Source: Candidatus Kapaibacterium sp. (GTDB lineage Bacteria > Bacteroidota > Ignavibacteria > Palsa-1295). From it: a stretch of 64,000 nt of DNA. This document shows, piece by piece, positions 51,863-62,159 of the stretch. The notes beneath the pieces were generated by a model. It made no database searches, was not told where the DNA came from, and saw only the letters and a list, made by a program, of their open reading frames with translations. Position 1 is the first letter of the stretch, and each line of letters starts with the position of its first letter. A program made the position numbers and the translations under genes. The DNA lies in assembly GCA_038322815.1 (NCBI GenBank), contig JBBQGG010000008.1:2043-66042 (forward strand), written 5' to 3'.

Positions 51863-52582
51863 ATGCGCCAACGTACAAGTTACTCATTAGTTATAGCCAT
51901 ACTCCTGATTTTCATAACAATAATTCCCTCCCGCATTCATGCCCAGGCATTTGAGGGTGAAATTACTATGCAGATGTCATCTCCGACGATGGGAAATCAG
52001 AAGATCAAGATGATCTATCTTGTCAAAGGAGATAATGTACTTCAAACTGCTGACGACCCAAAGAACGGAAAAGTACTGATCTATACCGATACAAAGACCG
52101 GTTCACAAACGATCGTCATGGAAGCGCAGAAGCACGGAATGCAGATCGATCAGTCATTGATGGAAGAGGCAATAAAGAAAATGAACATGCCCGTTCTCTT
52201 ACCGAAAGCTACAGGAAAAAAACAAAAGATCGAAGGGTATAACTGCGAACTCTATACGATCACGATCGATTCATCTCAGGAAATGGATATATGGTTAACC
52301 AAGGACTTTCCAAAAGATATTTCGATGGCGATCAGAAAATGTACCGAGTTAGGAATGAAAAACACCGGTGTGAAATCCGATGCTCTTATCGAACTATTTA
52401 AAAGCGGATACGCTCAGGTTCGCATGGAAATGAAAATTAAGGGCGTTACTCAACTTACCAATGAATTCGCAAAAGCTGATTCAGAAAAACTTGATGATGC
52501 AGTATTTGTTATTCCTTCGGATATAAAAATTGAAAAGCTCGATCCGAAACTCATGACTCCCGGAGCAGCCGAACAAAAATAA
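51863..52582 (+). CDS. Secreted DUF4412-like protein
   Basis: Signal peptide ending HAQ.FEG; KATGKKQKIEGYNCELY...IWLTKD...F.IP. Start set at ATG 51863. Confidence 0.78.
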   Translation: MRQRTSYSLVIAILLIFITIIPSRIHAQAFEGEITMQMSSPTMGNQKIKMIYLVKGDNVLQTADDPKNGKVLIYTDTKTGSQTIVMEAQKHGMQIDQSLMEEAIKKMNMPVLLPKATGKKQKIEGYNCELYTITIDSSQEMDIWLTKDFPKDISMAIRKCTELGMKNTGVKSDALIELFKSGYAQVRMEMKIKGVTQLTNEFAKADSEKLDDAVFVIPSDIKIEKLDPKLMTPGAAEQK

Positions 52583-52670
52583 CAAAGTTTTGAGTTTGGG
52601 CGGAACCGCATTTCTATCGCTCCTGTTTTTCCGCCCCAATAAATATTGTTTTTTTGATTGTACGAAGTCT

Positions 52671-52773
52671 TGGGACCAAGTCCCACGCAATATGAACGTG
52701 CCCAACCGAGTCAGGTCCGGAAGGAAGCAGCTCTCAGCAATTGTTTATGTGTGACGTGGTCAGCTTGGTCCCA
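52671..52773 (+). ncRNA. ffs: Signal recognition particle RNA (4.5S)
   Basis: Conserved helix-8 core TCAGGTCCGGAAGGAAGCAGC inside a long hairpin closed by TGGGACCAAG / CTTGGTCCCA, followed by a T-run. Confidence 0.95.
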
Positions 52774-53020
52774 TTTTTTTATCGTTAAGTTAATATGCGG
52801 TTCTTTCTCTATTGAAAGATAAGAGAGTACTTTCCTTTTAATAACCCTGGAAGCCTCCGACTTCTGAATTAAATTTTCATGGATTCTTTATCCTAAGAAG
52901 TTGTTTTAGTTATAGTTGCGGATATTGGAGCATTTGTGTAACTATCCTTTTTTTAAGAGGTTAGAGCTTTTTTAACGCAAGGAATTAACAATTTTTTTTA
53001 ATAAACCTGTTATTTTGGTT

Positions 53021-53583
53021 TATCTTCGCACTTTATGTCCGGAGAAAGCCAAACGATGAAGAGTAAGTCTGAGACCAGTCCGGAGCATAGCACGTAAAAG
53101 AGTTGAATGACTTCCGGCGCTCTTAGCAAAGTTCACAGAGTCCGTATTTCCTCCTCGTTGGAGGCTGCAGACTCTGGGAAGATCCGATCATAAGATATAT
53201 ACCTATTTCAAGTGCAAGTGTTTTTGCCCTTTGTGATCTTCGCTTTCTGCGTCCGCCTCTGCGGATTCATGCAGACGCGCGTTCTGATCGCAAATAGAAT
53301 TTACTCCACCGATCTCAATCAACCGGAGCATTTTCAATTGTCGCTTCTTCGCCTTGGCGTGCAGCGGCTTTCACCGTACTTGCCGATTTCTTTTTTACGA
53401 ACATCTTTGATCAGAACTTCGAAACCTTCTGTGCGACGGCAGCTACCACGCCTTCGAACCTCAGAATTGAACCGGACGTAACCTACGCCCGCCTCTTAAC
53501 TTCATCCGAGAAAATAATAACAGGGTTCACACTCAACACCTCTCTTATGCTTTAGTGCATGAGGGATTATGTATTACATTGTT
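53021..53583 (+). promoter_or_regulatory. Putative promoter and long structured 5' leader of RNase E/G
   Basis: TATCTTCG -7-like box at 53021, then about 550 nt with several hairpins and no credible ORF. Confidence 0.45.
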
Positions 53584-55461
53584 ATGAATCAATTTCGGAA
53601 AGAAATTATAATTAATGCCCGTCAGGAAAACGAAGTCCGCATTGCCATCACTGAGAACGGACGCCTTGTCGAGCTCTTCGTAGAAAACCCCGAAACTATC
53701 CGCCACGTAGGGGAAATCTTCCTTGGCAAGGTTGCTAAGGTTATACCGGGTATGAATGCTGCTTTTATCAACGTCGGGCTTGCTCAGGATGCTTTTCTGC
53801 ATTTCTCCGATGTTGGCGATTCGTTTGACGGCTCGATGTCATTCCTCGCCGATGCCGATATGCACGATGACGATGACGACTCTGAAGACGATGAATTCGA
53901 TGAAGATGACGGTGAAGAATCTATTCCCGTGGGTGCGCTTGAAGGACCGCCTCAGCTTCGCTTAAAAGGAGATAGCGGTACGGACTTTAGTCCCTCCGTT
54001 CGGACAGAGGTCCGCCCTGTTGCCAAAGCTTCAAAAGGCCCTCGCAAGGCTTTCTCAACTCTTGAAATGTCGAACATTGATCTTGAGCCGGGGCAGAATA
54101 TTCTTGTTCAGGTAACACGCGAAGCATTTGCTAATAAAGGGGTTCGTGTCACAAGCCGCATCTCACTTCCGGGCAGATTTCTTGTGCTTGTTCCATTTGA
54201 ACCGGGCATCGGAATCAGCAAAAAAGTATTCTCCGTTCGTGAGCGCCGCAGACTTCGTAAGGTCATTCGTTCTCTGAAGCCGAAAGATGTCGGTGTTATT
54301 ATTCGCACAGTTGCAGAAAACAAAGAAGAATCTGCCCTTCGCGAAGATCTGCAAAATATCTTAAACGATTGGAACGAGATCCAGAAAAAGATCAAAGATA
54401 AAGAGCCGCCGATCGTCGCTTTTCAGGATACGAATATTACCAACAGCGTATTGCGCGATCTCTTTAGTAATGATATTACGAAGATCGTCGTAGACGATAA
54501 AAAGATGTATCGCGAAGTTTTGGATTATATCCAATGGGCTTCTCCGAATCTTGCCGGAACGGTCGAGCAATATAAAGAACCTGCTCCGGTCTTTGATGCA
54601 CTTGGAATCGAAGAAGAGATCGAACAGACAATGTCGCGTAAAGTATTGCTGCCATCCGGCGGTTATCTTTTTATTGAAAAGACAGAAGCGATGGTTGTCG
54701 TTGACGTGAACTCCGGACGTTACGCAGCACGCCGCGAACAGGAATTGAACTCTCTTAAAACCAATCTTGAATCGGCACGTGAGATTGCAAGGCAATTGCG
54801 CCTCCGCGATATTGGCGGCATCATCGTTGTCGATTTCATCGACATGATCGATGAGCGCAATAAGAAGAAAGTCTACGATGAAATGAAGAAGGAATTGCGC
54901 CGCGACCGTGCAAAATCTTCGATCTTACCTCTTACCGATTTTGGCTTGATGCAGATCACGCGCCAGCGTATCCGTCAATCCCTCGGCGAAACGATGAGCG
55001 ACCAGTGTTCGGCATGCGGCGGAACAGGAATGTTAGTATCGCAATCAAGTGTGCTGCATCAGATCGAGCGATGGCTTGAGCGATTTAAATCCGAAGGTCC
55101 CGGTGGATCGCTTTCGCTTAAGGTTCACCCGCTTTTGCATGAACCGTTAACACAGGGTTTTTTATCTCCGTGGGTTAAAATGAAATGGCGGACCCATGTT
55201 CGTGCAAAGCTAATGAATGACGAATCGCTGCGCGGAGACGAATTCCGCTTCATTGATTCTTCGGGAAAAGATGTAACGCCCGAATTCCTCGGACAGAAGC
55301 CCGTCGTGGAAGTAGTTGAAGCCGTATCGCAAAATGGCGTCACTCCCCGTCGCAAAGAAAATGGTTACAACGACCGCGGAAGAGGAAGCGGAGGTGGTAA
55401 TCGCAATAATCAGCGTAGGCCCAATCGTCAGCGTCCGGCAAACAGAGAAGGCAGTCGATGA
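53584..55461 (+). CDS. rng: Ribonuclease E/G family
   Basis: V.PGMNAAF.NVG..DAFLH, DVNSGR, RQLRLRDIGGIIVVDFIDM, Zn-link CSACGGTG. Start is 53584 or 53569. Confidence 0.93.
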   Translation: MNQFRKEIIINARQENEVRIAITENGRLVELFVENPETIRHVGEIFLGKVAKVIPGMNAAFINVGLAQDAFLHFSDVGDSFDGSMSFLADADMHDDDDDSEDDEFDEDDGEESIPVGALEGPPQLRLKGDSGTDFSPSVRTEVRPVAKASKGPRKAFSTLEMSNIDLEPGQNILVQVTREAFANKGVRVTSRISLPGRFLVLVPFEPGIGISKKVFSVRERRRLRKVIRSLKPKDVGVIIRTVAENKEESALREDLQNILNDWNEIQKKIKDKEPPIVAFQDTNITNSVLRDLFSNDITKIVVDDKKMYREVLDYIQWASPNLAGTVEQYKEPAPVFDALGIEEEIEQTMSRKVLLPSGGYLFIEKTEAMVVVDVNSGRYAARREQELNSLKTNLESAREIARQLRLRDIGGIIVVDFIDMIDERNKKKVYDEMKKELRRDRAKSSILPLTDFGLMQITRQRIRQSLGETMSDQCSACGGTGMLVSQSSVLHQIERWLERFKSEGPGGSLSLKVHPLLHEPLTQGFLSPWVKMKWRTHVRAKLMNDESLRGDEFRFIDSSGKDVTPEFLGQKPVVEVVEAVSQNGVTPRRKENGYNDRGRGSGGGNRNNQRRPNRQRPANREGSR

Positions 55462-56039
55462 CGGAAACTAATTCGAAGAAAAAAGTAACGAGAGCAATTT
55501 ATATCGGTCTCTCGTTGCTTTTTCTTGCTATTCTTATTGGCACTGAATTTTTCTGGCGGTATGATAATCACTTGAGTCTTACGATCAAAGCAGCACTGCG
55601 CAATAATTCAAAAGCAGGTAGAACGCTTGTGATCTTTGAAAAAAGCGACTCGCCGGTTGATACGGCGCGAAGGGAGTTCAAAGATATTCGCCACGGGACT
55701 ACAGATATTATGATGTGGCTTGAAGGCAATCACGATACGATCCATTTATCGCTTCAAGGTAAATATTTTTCCGAAGGGCGCACAGTCCATATCTCAGCGG
55801 ATTCGTCTACACAAATTATTCTTATTCCGAATACGATACAGGGATTACCAACAGGTTCGAATAAAATTATTTATCTGAAAAACGATTCAGTCGTTGCATT
55901 GAAAGAATTTTCTGGGTTCATTAACGATATTGATAAAGACGGACAAGAAGAAGTAAATATTCCTGAAAAAGGCGGATGGGTAAGACTTAATACGCAGTCC
56001 GGCGAATGGACTCCTGCTCAATTAAAAACTACTCCCTGA
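55458..56039 (+). CDS. Hypothetical membrane-anchored protein
   Basis: ATGA overlap with the rng stop; one TM helix; DIDKDGQEE Ca-binding-like motif. Confidence 0.7.
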   Translation: MTETNSKKKVTRAIYIGLSLLFLAILIGTEFFWRYDNHLSLTIKAALRNNSKAGRTLVIFEKSDSPVDTARREFKDIRHGTTDIMMWLEGNHDTIHLSLQGKYFSEGRTVHISADSSTQIILIPNTIQGLPTGSNKIIYLKNDSVVALKEFSGFINDIDKDGQEEVNIPEKGGWVRLNTQSGEWTPAQLKTTP

Positions 56040-57705
56040 TAAAACGCACATTCTTCCATAGGAATGAGAAATGTTCGTCAGTAATTCTATACATATCTAA
56101 ATAGTGCGGTAAAGAAATTTTTTCAAGATGAACCTGCCTCGAAATTTCCGAATAAAAAGGATGATCCTCGCGAAGAAGAAGTAAAACTTTTTTACCGCCA
56201 GGAATTTTAATCAATCTTTCTTCAACGACCTCTCGAATGAAATTCTGTGATCTGCCGATCCAAAGTGAATCATTTGAAGGAAAATCTCTGATATCATATA
56301 TCGTGCTTCCGGGATAATAATAATATCCCCAACGATGCCACCATGTATCCAGAAGAACAAGATCGGAAGGATTAGCCGACTCATTTTTTAGGGCTGTAAA
56401 CACTTTTTCATGGAGTAGATCAACGTTTTTAACTCCGTACACATTACTAAAGGCAGCTAACCGATTTAAAAAAAGACCACTGGATTGGATAATTCCAGCA
56501 TTGAATGAATCATAGGTAAAACTATTATTAAAATATTCACCCGACGTCCAGGGAAAAGGTGCAAGAAAAATAATGAGATCAAAGAGGACGATGAGTAGAG
56601 TTATTTTAATAGCTCCAAAAGTAATGATCGGGCGAGTAAGCAATAATTTATTCTCTGAAGCCCGCTTTATTTTCTCAGCCCGCCAGATCGTCATTTGATC
56701 AAGCAGTACAGCTGCGATGAGAGCAGCACTAGGCAGAATATTTAATAAATACCCTGCCTTCATAAAATAAATACTAATATAAAAAAGAAAGGGAGGTAAA
56801 GCAACCAATGCGGTAAAACGAAACGTCGTTTTAGGAAACTGAGCTTTGATAAATGTACCTGCTCTTTTCGAATATCGCAATAAAGCGGCAAGAAAGATCA
56901 GTACAAAAGGAAGAGCAGCAATAAAAAGTGACACGAATACTTTGCCTACAACAGCAGCATGGGCAGAGAATGAATTACCAAAGAGTATTGATTGTGAACG
57001 GTAAATAGTTTGGCGTCCTTCTAAAGCAAAGTATTGGCCGATTCCTCCGCTATATGAAAATAAGATTACAAGCCATGCTGAAGAAATCAGTAAAAAAAGC
57101 AGGATCTCCTGAAACAATACTCGAAGCGGCTGTTTCGTTTTCCATAAAATATAAATAAGACATGGAGTAAAGAAAATAATACTGGACTGTCTAGCTCCGG
57201 CTGCAAGAGAAAGCACAATAAAAAGAAAATAGACTAACCATCTTTTATTCGGATTTCTCAGAAGGGATATACCCAAATAAAGAAATGTGCTTGCGAAAAA
57301 CGCTTCATAAACATACGCCGTAGCTACTTCGCCATAAAACCAGAAGATCGGAGTGAATAGCCAAAGTACGGCGGCAACAAATCCGACTCTTTCACCGCGA
57401 AGTGTTGCCCCTGCTCTCCATAGAAATAATACTGAGCCGATAGAAAGCAAGATACTTATCAGAACAAAGGCAAAATTTATATCGACGATAAATAACAACA
57501 AAAATTTTGCGAACAGAATATGGAGAATATAACCGGGAAAATGCGGCGTAATCTGTTCAAGAGAAAAACGAAATGTGCCTACTGCGAAATCTACTGAGTC
57601 AAATTCATAAAGCATCTTTGAAATAAAAGGAAGGTGGGTAATCAGTGTTGCTGCAATAAGAAGCAATCCCGTTAACCGTCGAACTTTTTTTTCACCGAGC
57701 GGCAT
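56029..57705 (-). CDS. GT-C fold polytopic glycosyltransferase-like protein
   Basis: First loop YEFDS.DF...PHFPGY, many TM helices, GARQS, soluble C-terminal domain. Confidence 0.7.
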   Translation of the reverse strand: MPLGEKKVRRLTGLLLIAATLITHLPFISKMLYEFDSVDFAVGTFRFSLEQITPHFPGYILHILFAKFLLLFIVDINFAFVLISILLSIGSVLFLWRAGATLRGERVGFVAAVLWLFTPIFWFYGEVATAYVYEAFFASTFLYLGISLLRNPNKRWLVYFLFIVLSLAAGARQSSIIFFTPCLIYILWKTKQPLRVLFQEILLFLLISSAWLVILFSYSGGIGQYFALEGRQTIYRSQSILFGNSFSAHAAVVGKVFVSLFIAALPFVLIFLAALLRYSKRAGTFIKAQFPKTTFRFTALVALPPFLFYISIYFMKAGYLLNILPSAALIAAVLLDQMTIWRAEKIKRASENKLLLTRPIITFGAIKITLLIVLFDLIIFLAPFPWTSGEYFNNSFTYDSFNAGIIQSSGLFLNRLAAFSNVYGVKNVDLLHEKVFTALKNESANPSDLVLLDTWWHRWGYYYYPGSTIYDIRDFPSNDSLWIGRSQNFIREVVEERLIKIPGGKKVLLLLREDHPFYSEISRQVHLEKISLPHYLDMYRITDEHFSFLWKNVRFIRE

Positions 57706-59251
57706 GTAGATCTCCCTTTACTCTAAAAATTGACATTACGGTATCAGCACTTGCAACCAGAGGCGGACGAACTCGGAATTCTTTAATGAGTTGGAGAGAG
57801 TCTTTTGCATATTCATAAAACGAAGGATTTAATCTTGTATAAATAATAAAAAGATTTGCTCTCTGCTTTCTCGCCTCACGCCAAACAAGTTTTTGATCAT
57901 GTTGCAGAAAATAGAATTCCGGGCTAATAAGTCCTGTTAAATCAATAAGTTGAGCTTTGGTAAAATAACCAAGAGCACCAACATCATCGACTGCAAGTCT
58001 ATCATTCGATGAAGTATTTCTCAGCACCCATGCAGCTACTGCAAGATGCTGATCGTTGATATTCGTTACTGATTCTGCCGAGAGTAAAACTCCGCGCCAT
58101 GCTCCGATACAGCCAATAATAATAAATAGTATTTGAATAGGGCGGATAAATTTTTTCAATTGAGTATTAGAAAATATCGTAGCCGCTGTCATGATGCCGA
58201 GAATAATTAGAACGGGAATTATCGGGAACAAATATCTTCCGTGATGACGAAATTGCGGAGCAATAAATGCAAGAAGAATCGGAAGTCCAAATCCAAAAAT
58301 TACAAGAAGAATGAAACCTTTTTGTTTTCGCAAAAAGAAGAAAGAAAAGAAAGCAAAGAGAATCGGAAAAGAAAAGCTTGCGATCAGCACCTTAAATGCG
58401 AACCATAAATATCCTATATCCGGCAAGAGTGATATGTGTGCTCCCTGTACTATTGAGGAATGATAAATCAAACTACCCCGCTCAAAATATGGAATAAGAA
58501 ATACAGGCAAAACACAAAGGAGAAATGTCATTTTACCTTTTACCAGAGCTAGAAAACCCTTTCTTTGTTGGATCGCAATGACGAACCAATCAATTAAAAA
58601 TAAAAATGCCAAAAACATTAACTCGGGTCGAACGGCAATCCCCAAGGCAAGGAATACCCCTTCTCTCATCCGCATTGTATCCCCTGACTGACGTCGTGCA
58701 AGATGCTCATGGAAAACCAAAAGCGTAACAAAACAAGCAAGTGTTACTTCCATACCGCTCGCTGATGCCCAGACTAACCGCGAAGAAAGAACTGTCAGCG
58801 CTCCGGCAATAATACTCCAGGAGTATGGCTGCATAAATGTGTAGCGGCATAACCTAAAAACCATAGGACCCAGATACAAATAGAAAATAACAGATAGAAT
58901 AATAGCTATCAGATCGAGATGATTTGAAAAAATTCCTCCGAGTGCTATAAGTACCACCCATAGCGGAGAAGTATCTGCACTCACCGTACTCGAAATGGAA
59001 TTTCTAAATAGCGAGTCATCAATGTTGATCACGGGATTAAACGTATATCCTTTGCCGTTTTGCAGATTTTCTGCATATCTGCAATGGATATAGGTATCAT
59101 CAAGAGGTGCACCGATGATGTAGCTGTGATCTACCCCGCCTTCCGAAAGAAAATTTTTTGCGACTGCAAATTGAATAAACAGAACGACAATTCCGAGAAG
59201 GATAAGTGCCCATTCAATTTGATTCCGACGGATTGCTTTTGCGATATTCAC
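57692..59251 (-). CDS. GT-C fold glycosyltransferase-like protein (DDxYI..RYA.N family)
   Basis: PLDDTYIHCRYAENL, TSPLW, SGME, RPE, RYLFP, D.GALGY...IDL.GL. Confidence 0.75.
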   Translation of the reverse strand: MNIAKAIRRNQIEWALILLGIVVLFIQFAVAKNFLSEGGVDHSYIIGAPLDDTYIHCRYAENLQNGKGYTFNPVINIDDSLFRNSISSTVSADTSPLWVVLIALGGIFSNHLDLIAIILSVIFYLYLGPMVFRLCRYTFMQPYSWSIIAGALTVLSSRLVWASASGMEVTLACFVTLLVFHEHLARRQSGDTMRMREGVFLALGIAVRPELMFLAFLFLIDWFVIAIQQRKGFLALVKGKMTFLLCVLPVFLIPYFERGSLIYHSSIVQGAHISLLPDIGYLWFAFKVLIASFSFPILFAFFSFFFLRKQKGFILLVIFGFGLPILLAFIAPQFRHHGRYLFPIIPVLIILGIMTAATIFSNTQLKKFIRPIQILFIIIGCIGAWRGVLLSAESVTNINDQHLAVAAWVLRNTSSNDRLAVDDVGALGYFTKAQLIDLTGLISPEFYFLQHDQKLVWREARKQRANLFIIYTRLNPSFYEYAKDSLQLIKEFRVRPPLVASADTVMSIFRVKGDLHAAR

Positions 59252-59253
59252 AC

Positions 59254-60150
59254 TTAGTGAAAATAAATTATGAAAAACATTGCAATAGCATAAGCGAGAA
59301 AATTCAGGATCATCGGAATATCTGTCAAAACTACTTCTGTGGGATTTTCACCCAAATTTTTCTTATGTAAAAGATAGAGATAACGGAATATTCCGTAAAG
59401 AACAAATGGAGTTGTAAAGACAAGGTTTTCTGTACCGAATATTTTTACTGTTCTGTCACTCACGGTGTAAAGTGCGTAGCTGATCACAAAACCGGCAGCG
59501 CAGATCGTGCAAAGCTGCTCAGCAAAATCAATGCTATAATGTTCGAGTACTTTCCGCGTTGATTCGGTTGGTTTCTTTCCTTCTTCAAGTTGTGCTTCGA
59601 GCATTACCAATTCGCCCCTTCGTTTGGCAACTGCAAGGAAAAGTGAAAGAAACATGGTCGTCAAAATAAGCCATGAACTGATCGGAACATCTATCACAAA
59701 TGCTCCGCCTACTACACGCAGCATAAAACCGATCGCGATAATAAAAACATCAACAAGGACAACATCTTTTAAAAAAAGACTGTACGAAAGATTCATCACA
59801 AAATAAAATGCCAGACAGAATCCAAATTTATAGGGAAGATTAAAAACTACGGGAACTGCAATTCCAAAAATGATGAACGCCATGCTGATCGCACTTGGAA
59901 CGCTGATGTTGCCGCTTGCAATCGGACGGTGTTTCTTTTTAGGATGTAATCTATCTCGATCACGGTCGATAATATCATTGATGATATAGATCGTACTTGC
60001 TGTAGCACAAAAAAGGGCGAAGCCAATGAGCGAAGACTTGGCATAATCCCATTCGAAAAGATGATGCGAAAAAACGAGAGCCGCAAAGACGAAAAGATTC
60101 TTAATCCATTGTTTCGGGCGTATGAGACGAATAAAATGTGGTATCTTCAT
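59254..60150 (-). CDS. Polyprenyl-phosphate phosphoribosyltransferase (UbiA family, DPPR-synthase-like)
   Basis: RPKQWIKN, YIINDIID..RDRLHP.K..RPIASG, GF.LRV.GG, KRRGEL, YGIFRYL. Confidence 0.9.
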   Translation of the reverse strand: MKIPHFIRLIRPKQWIKNLFVFAALVFSHHLFEWDYAKSSLIGFALFCATASTIYIINDIIDRDRDRLHPKKKHRPIASGNISVPSAISMAFIIFGIAVPVVFNLPYKFGFCLAFYFVMNLSYSLFLKDVVLVDVFIIAIGFMLRVVGGAFVIDVPISSWLILTTMFLSLFLAVAKRRGELVMLEAQLEEGKKPTESTRKVLEHYSIDFAEQLCTICAAGFVISYALYTVSDRTVKIFGTENLVFTTPFVLYGIFRYLYLLHKKNLGENPTEVVLTDIPMILNFLAYAIAMFFIIYFH

Positions 60151-60227
60151 TAAGACAAAAATACGGCGGATTAACTCCTACAAAACGAAGAGCTTAGTTT
60201 TTTACCTATAATAGGATCTTTCGGTGA

Positions 60228-61937
60228 CTAAAATACTACTGCCTCCTGATACTCTCCGAACGGTACTTTCAAAACATCGATCATCTCACCGAGCGTAACG
60301 TAATCATTCGCAGCGCGGATGAAAACAGGCATCAAATTCGTATGCCCGAAAGCGGCGACACTGATCTCTTCCATTCGTTCATCGACCGCTGCTTGAGAGC
60401 GATTTGCTTTCAACTCTTTTAATTCTTTAACCTGATTTCTCTCAACTTCAGCACCGATCTGTAAAATAGGAATCGTAATCTTTTCATTTTCCTCGACGTA
60501 TTCATTTACTCCGACAATATATTTTTCTTTCTTATCGAGTTCGATCTGATAGCGATATGCTGCATCGGCTATTTCACGCTGGAAAAATCCGGCTTCAATC
60601 GCAGCTATTACTCCGCCGAGTGCGTCGATCTTATCAAAATACGCATACGCTTCAGCCTCGAGTCGGTCAGTTTCAGCTTCAACGAAGTATGAGCCGCCAA
60701 GGGGATCGACGGTATTAATGACACCTGTCTCGTATGCCAAAATTTGCTGAGTACGAAGAGCGATCTTCACAGCCTTCTCCGAAGGCAATGCAAGCGTTTC
60801 GTCCATTGAATTAGTATGGAGCGATTGCGTACCACCTAATACTGCAGCCATTGCTTCAAAAGCTGTTCGGACGATATTATTTTCAGGCTGCTGCGCAGTG
60901 AGTGAGCAGCCTGCAGTCTGAGTATGAAATCTGAGAGTCCAGGATTTCGGATTTTTCGCACCGTATTTTTCCCTCATACGCTTCGCATAGATTCTTCGCG
61001 CTGCGCGGAGTTTTGCGATCTCTTCGAAGAAATCAATGTGCGAATTGAAAAAATGCGAAATGCGTGGAGCAAATTCATCGACATCCATTCCGCGAGCAAT
61101 GCAATGCTCAACGTATGCAAAACCATCGGCTAACGTAAAAGCTAACTCCTGTGCCGCAGTCGAACCTGCTTCGCGAATATGATATCCCGAAACCGAAACG
61201 GGATTCCATTGAGGTACTTCCTTCGTGCAAAATTCTATCATATCAACAATGATACGCATCGATGGCTCCGGTGGATAGATAAATTCTTTTTGCGCAATAT
61301 ACTCCTTCAAAATATCATTCTGTAATGTGCCCCGAAGTTTTGAATACGGCACGCCTTGTTTATCGGCAACACAAAGATAGTATGCGAAGATCATCGCAGC
61401 AGGAGAGTTGATCGTCATCGAAGTGGAAACTTCGCCAAGCGGAATGCCGCTGAAAAGCTTCTCCATATCTTTTAACGAGCTGATCGCCACTCCGCAAATT
61501 CCTACTTCACCTTCGCTCCATGGATCATCTGCATCGCGACCCATGAGAGTCGGAAGATCGAAAGCTGTTGAAAGTCCCGTCTGACCATGAGCTAATAAAT
61601 ACTTGAATCTGGCATTCGTATCTTCTGGAGATCCGAATCCGGCGAATTGCCTCATCGTCCAGACCTTGCCGCGATAACCATTCGGATGAATACCTCGAGT
61701 ATAAGGATAATCTCCCGGAAAGCCAATTTTTTCCTCGAAATCATGAGGGGTTACATCCTTCGGACTATACAAGGTGTCAAGAGATTTACCGGATAACGTT
61801 GTATGCTTCCAGCCTGTTGTCTTGCCTTTGGAATCTCGTTCTTCCCAACGATTCTTGGCTTCAAGATACTCAGGACTTGTCTCGAAAGTCGTTTTACCGT
61901 TTGTATGGATTCCGTTCGTAGAAATACCGTTTTTCAT
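60228..61937 (-). CDS. Methylmalonyl-CoA mutase, catalytic (N-terminal) subunit
   Basis: PYTRG...[43 protein letters not shown]; no B12-binding domain in this ORF. Confidence 0.93.
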   Translation of the reverse strand: MKNGISTNGIHTNGKTTFETSPEYLEAKNRWEERDSKGKTTGWKHTTLSGKSLDTLYSPKDVTPHDFEEKIGFPGDYPYTRGIHPNGYRGKVWTMRQFAGFGSPEDTNARFKYLLAHGQTGLSTAFDLPTLMGRDADDPWSEGEVGICGVAISSLKDMEKLFSGIPLGEVSTSMTINSPAAMIFAYYLCVADKQGVPYSKLRGTLQNDILKEYIAQKEFIYPPEPSMRIIVDMIEFCTKEVPQWNPVSVSGYHIREAGSTAAQELAFTLADGFAYVEHCIARGMDVDEFAPRISHFFNSHIDFFEEIAKLRAARRIYAKRMREKYGAKNPKSWTLRFHTQTAGCSLTAQQPENNIVRTAFEAMAAVLGGTQSLHTNSMDETLALPSEKAVKIALRTQQILAYETGVINTVDPLGGSYFVEAETDRLEAEAYAYFDKIDALGGVIAAIEAGFFQREIADAAYRYQIELDKKEKYIVGVNEYVEENEKITIPILQIGAEVERNQVKELKELKANRSQAAVDERMEEISVAAFGHTNLMPVFIRAANDYVTLGEMIDVLKVPFGEYQEAVVF

Positions 61938-62048
61938 ATAAAATAAGCTGATTTTAACTAAAACCTAAAACGAGTAGTTACCGTGGAAGGTTGCCAAATG
62001 CCAAAGAGAAATCCGGTTAAAAATAAATGCTGTATATACCGTTGAAAG

Positions 62049-62158
62049 TCCTGCATGTTTAGGTAAACCGGATTCCATTATCACCAATGTGATAATGTTT
62101 CATTCGGAACACTGCTGGTAAAAAGGCAGAAAGTCTAAATATGCAGGATAATTTTTTT
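62049..62158 (+). ncRNA. Unassigned three-way-junction structured RNA
   Basis: 15-bp closing stem, two inner hairpins, every non-Watson-Crick pair is G-U on the plus strand, and a T7 run follows. Confidence 0.6.
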
Positions 62159-62159
62159 C

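Noticed and set aside
53212-53481. 89-aa ORF in the RNase E/G leader
   Set aside because: GTG start, no recognisable features, and it overlaps hairpins; a uORF cannot be fully excluded.
61938-62150. Cobalamin riboswitch upstream of the mutase
   Set aside because: No B12-box or conserved core on the minus strand, and the G-U pattern favours a plus-strand structure.
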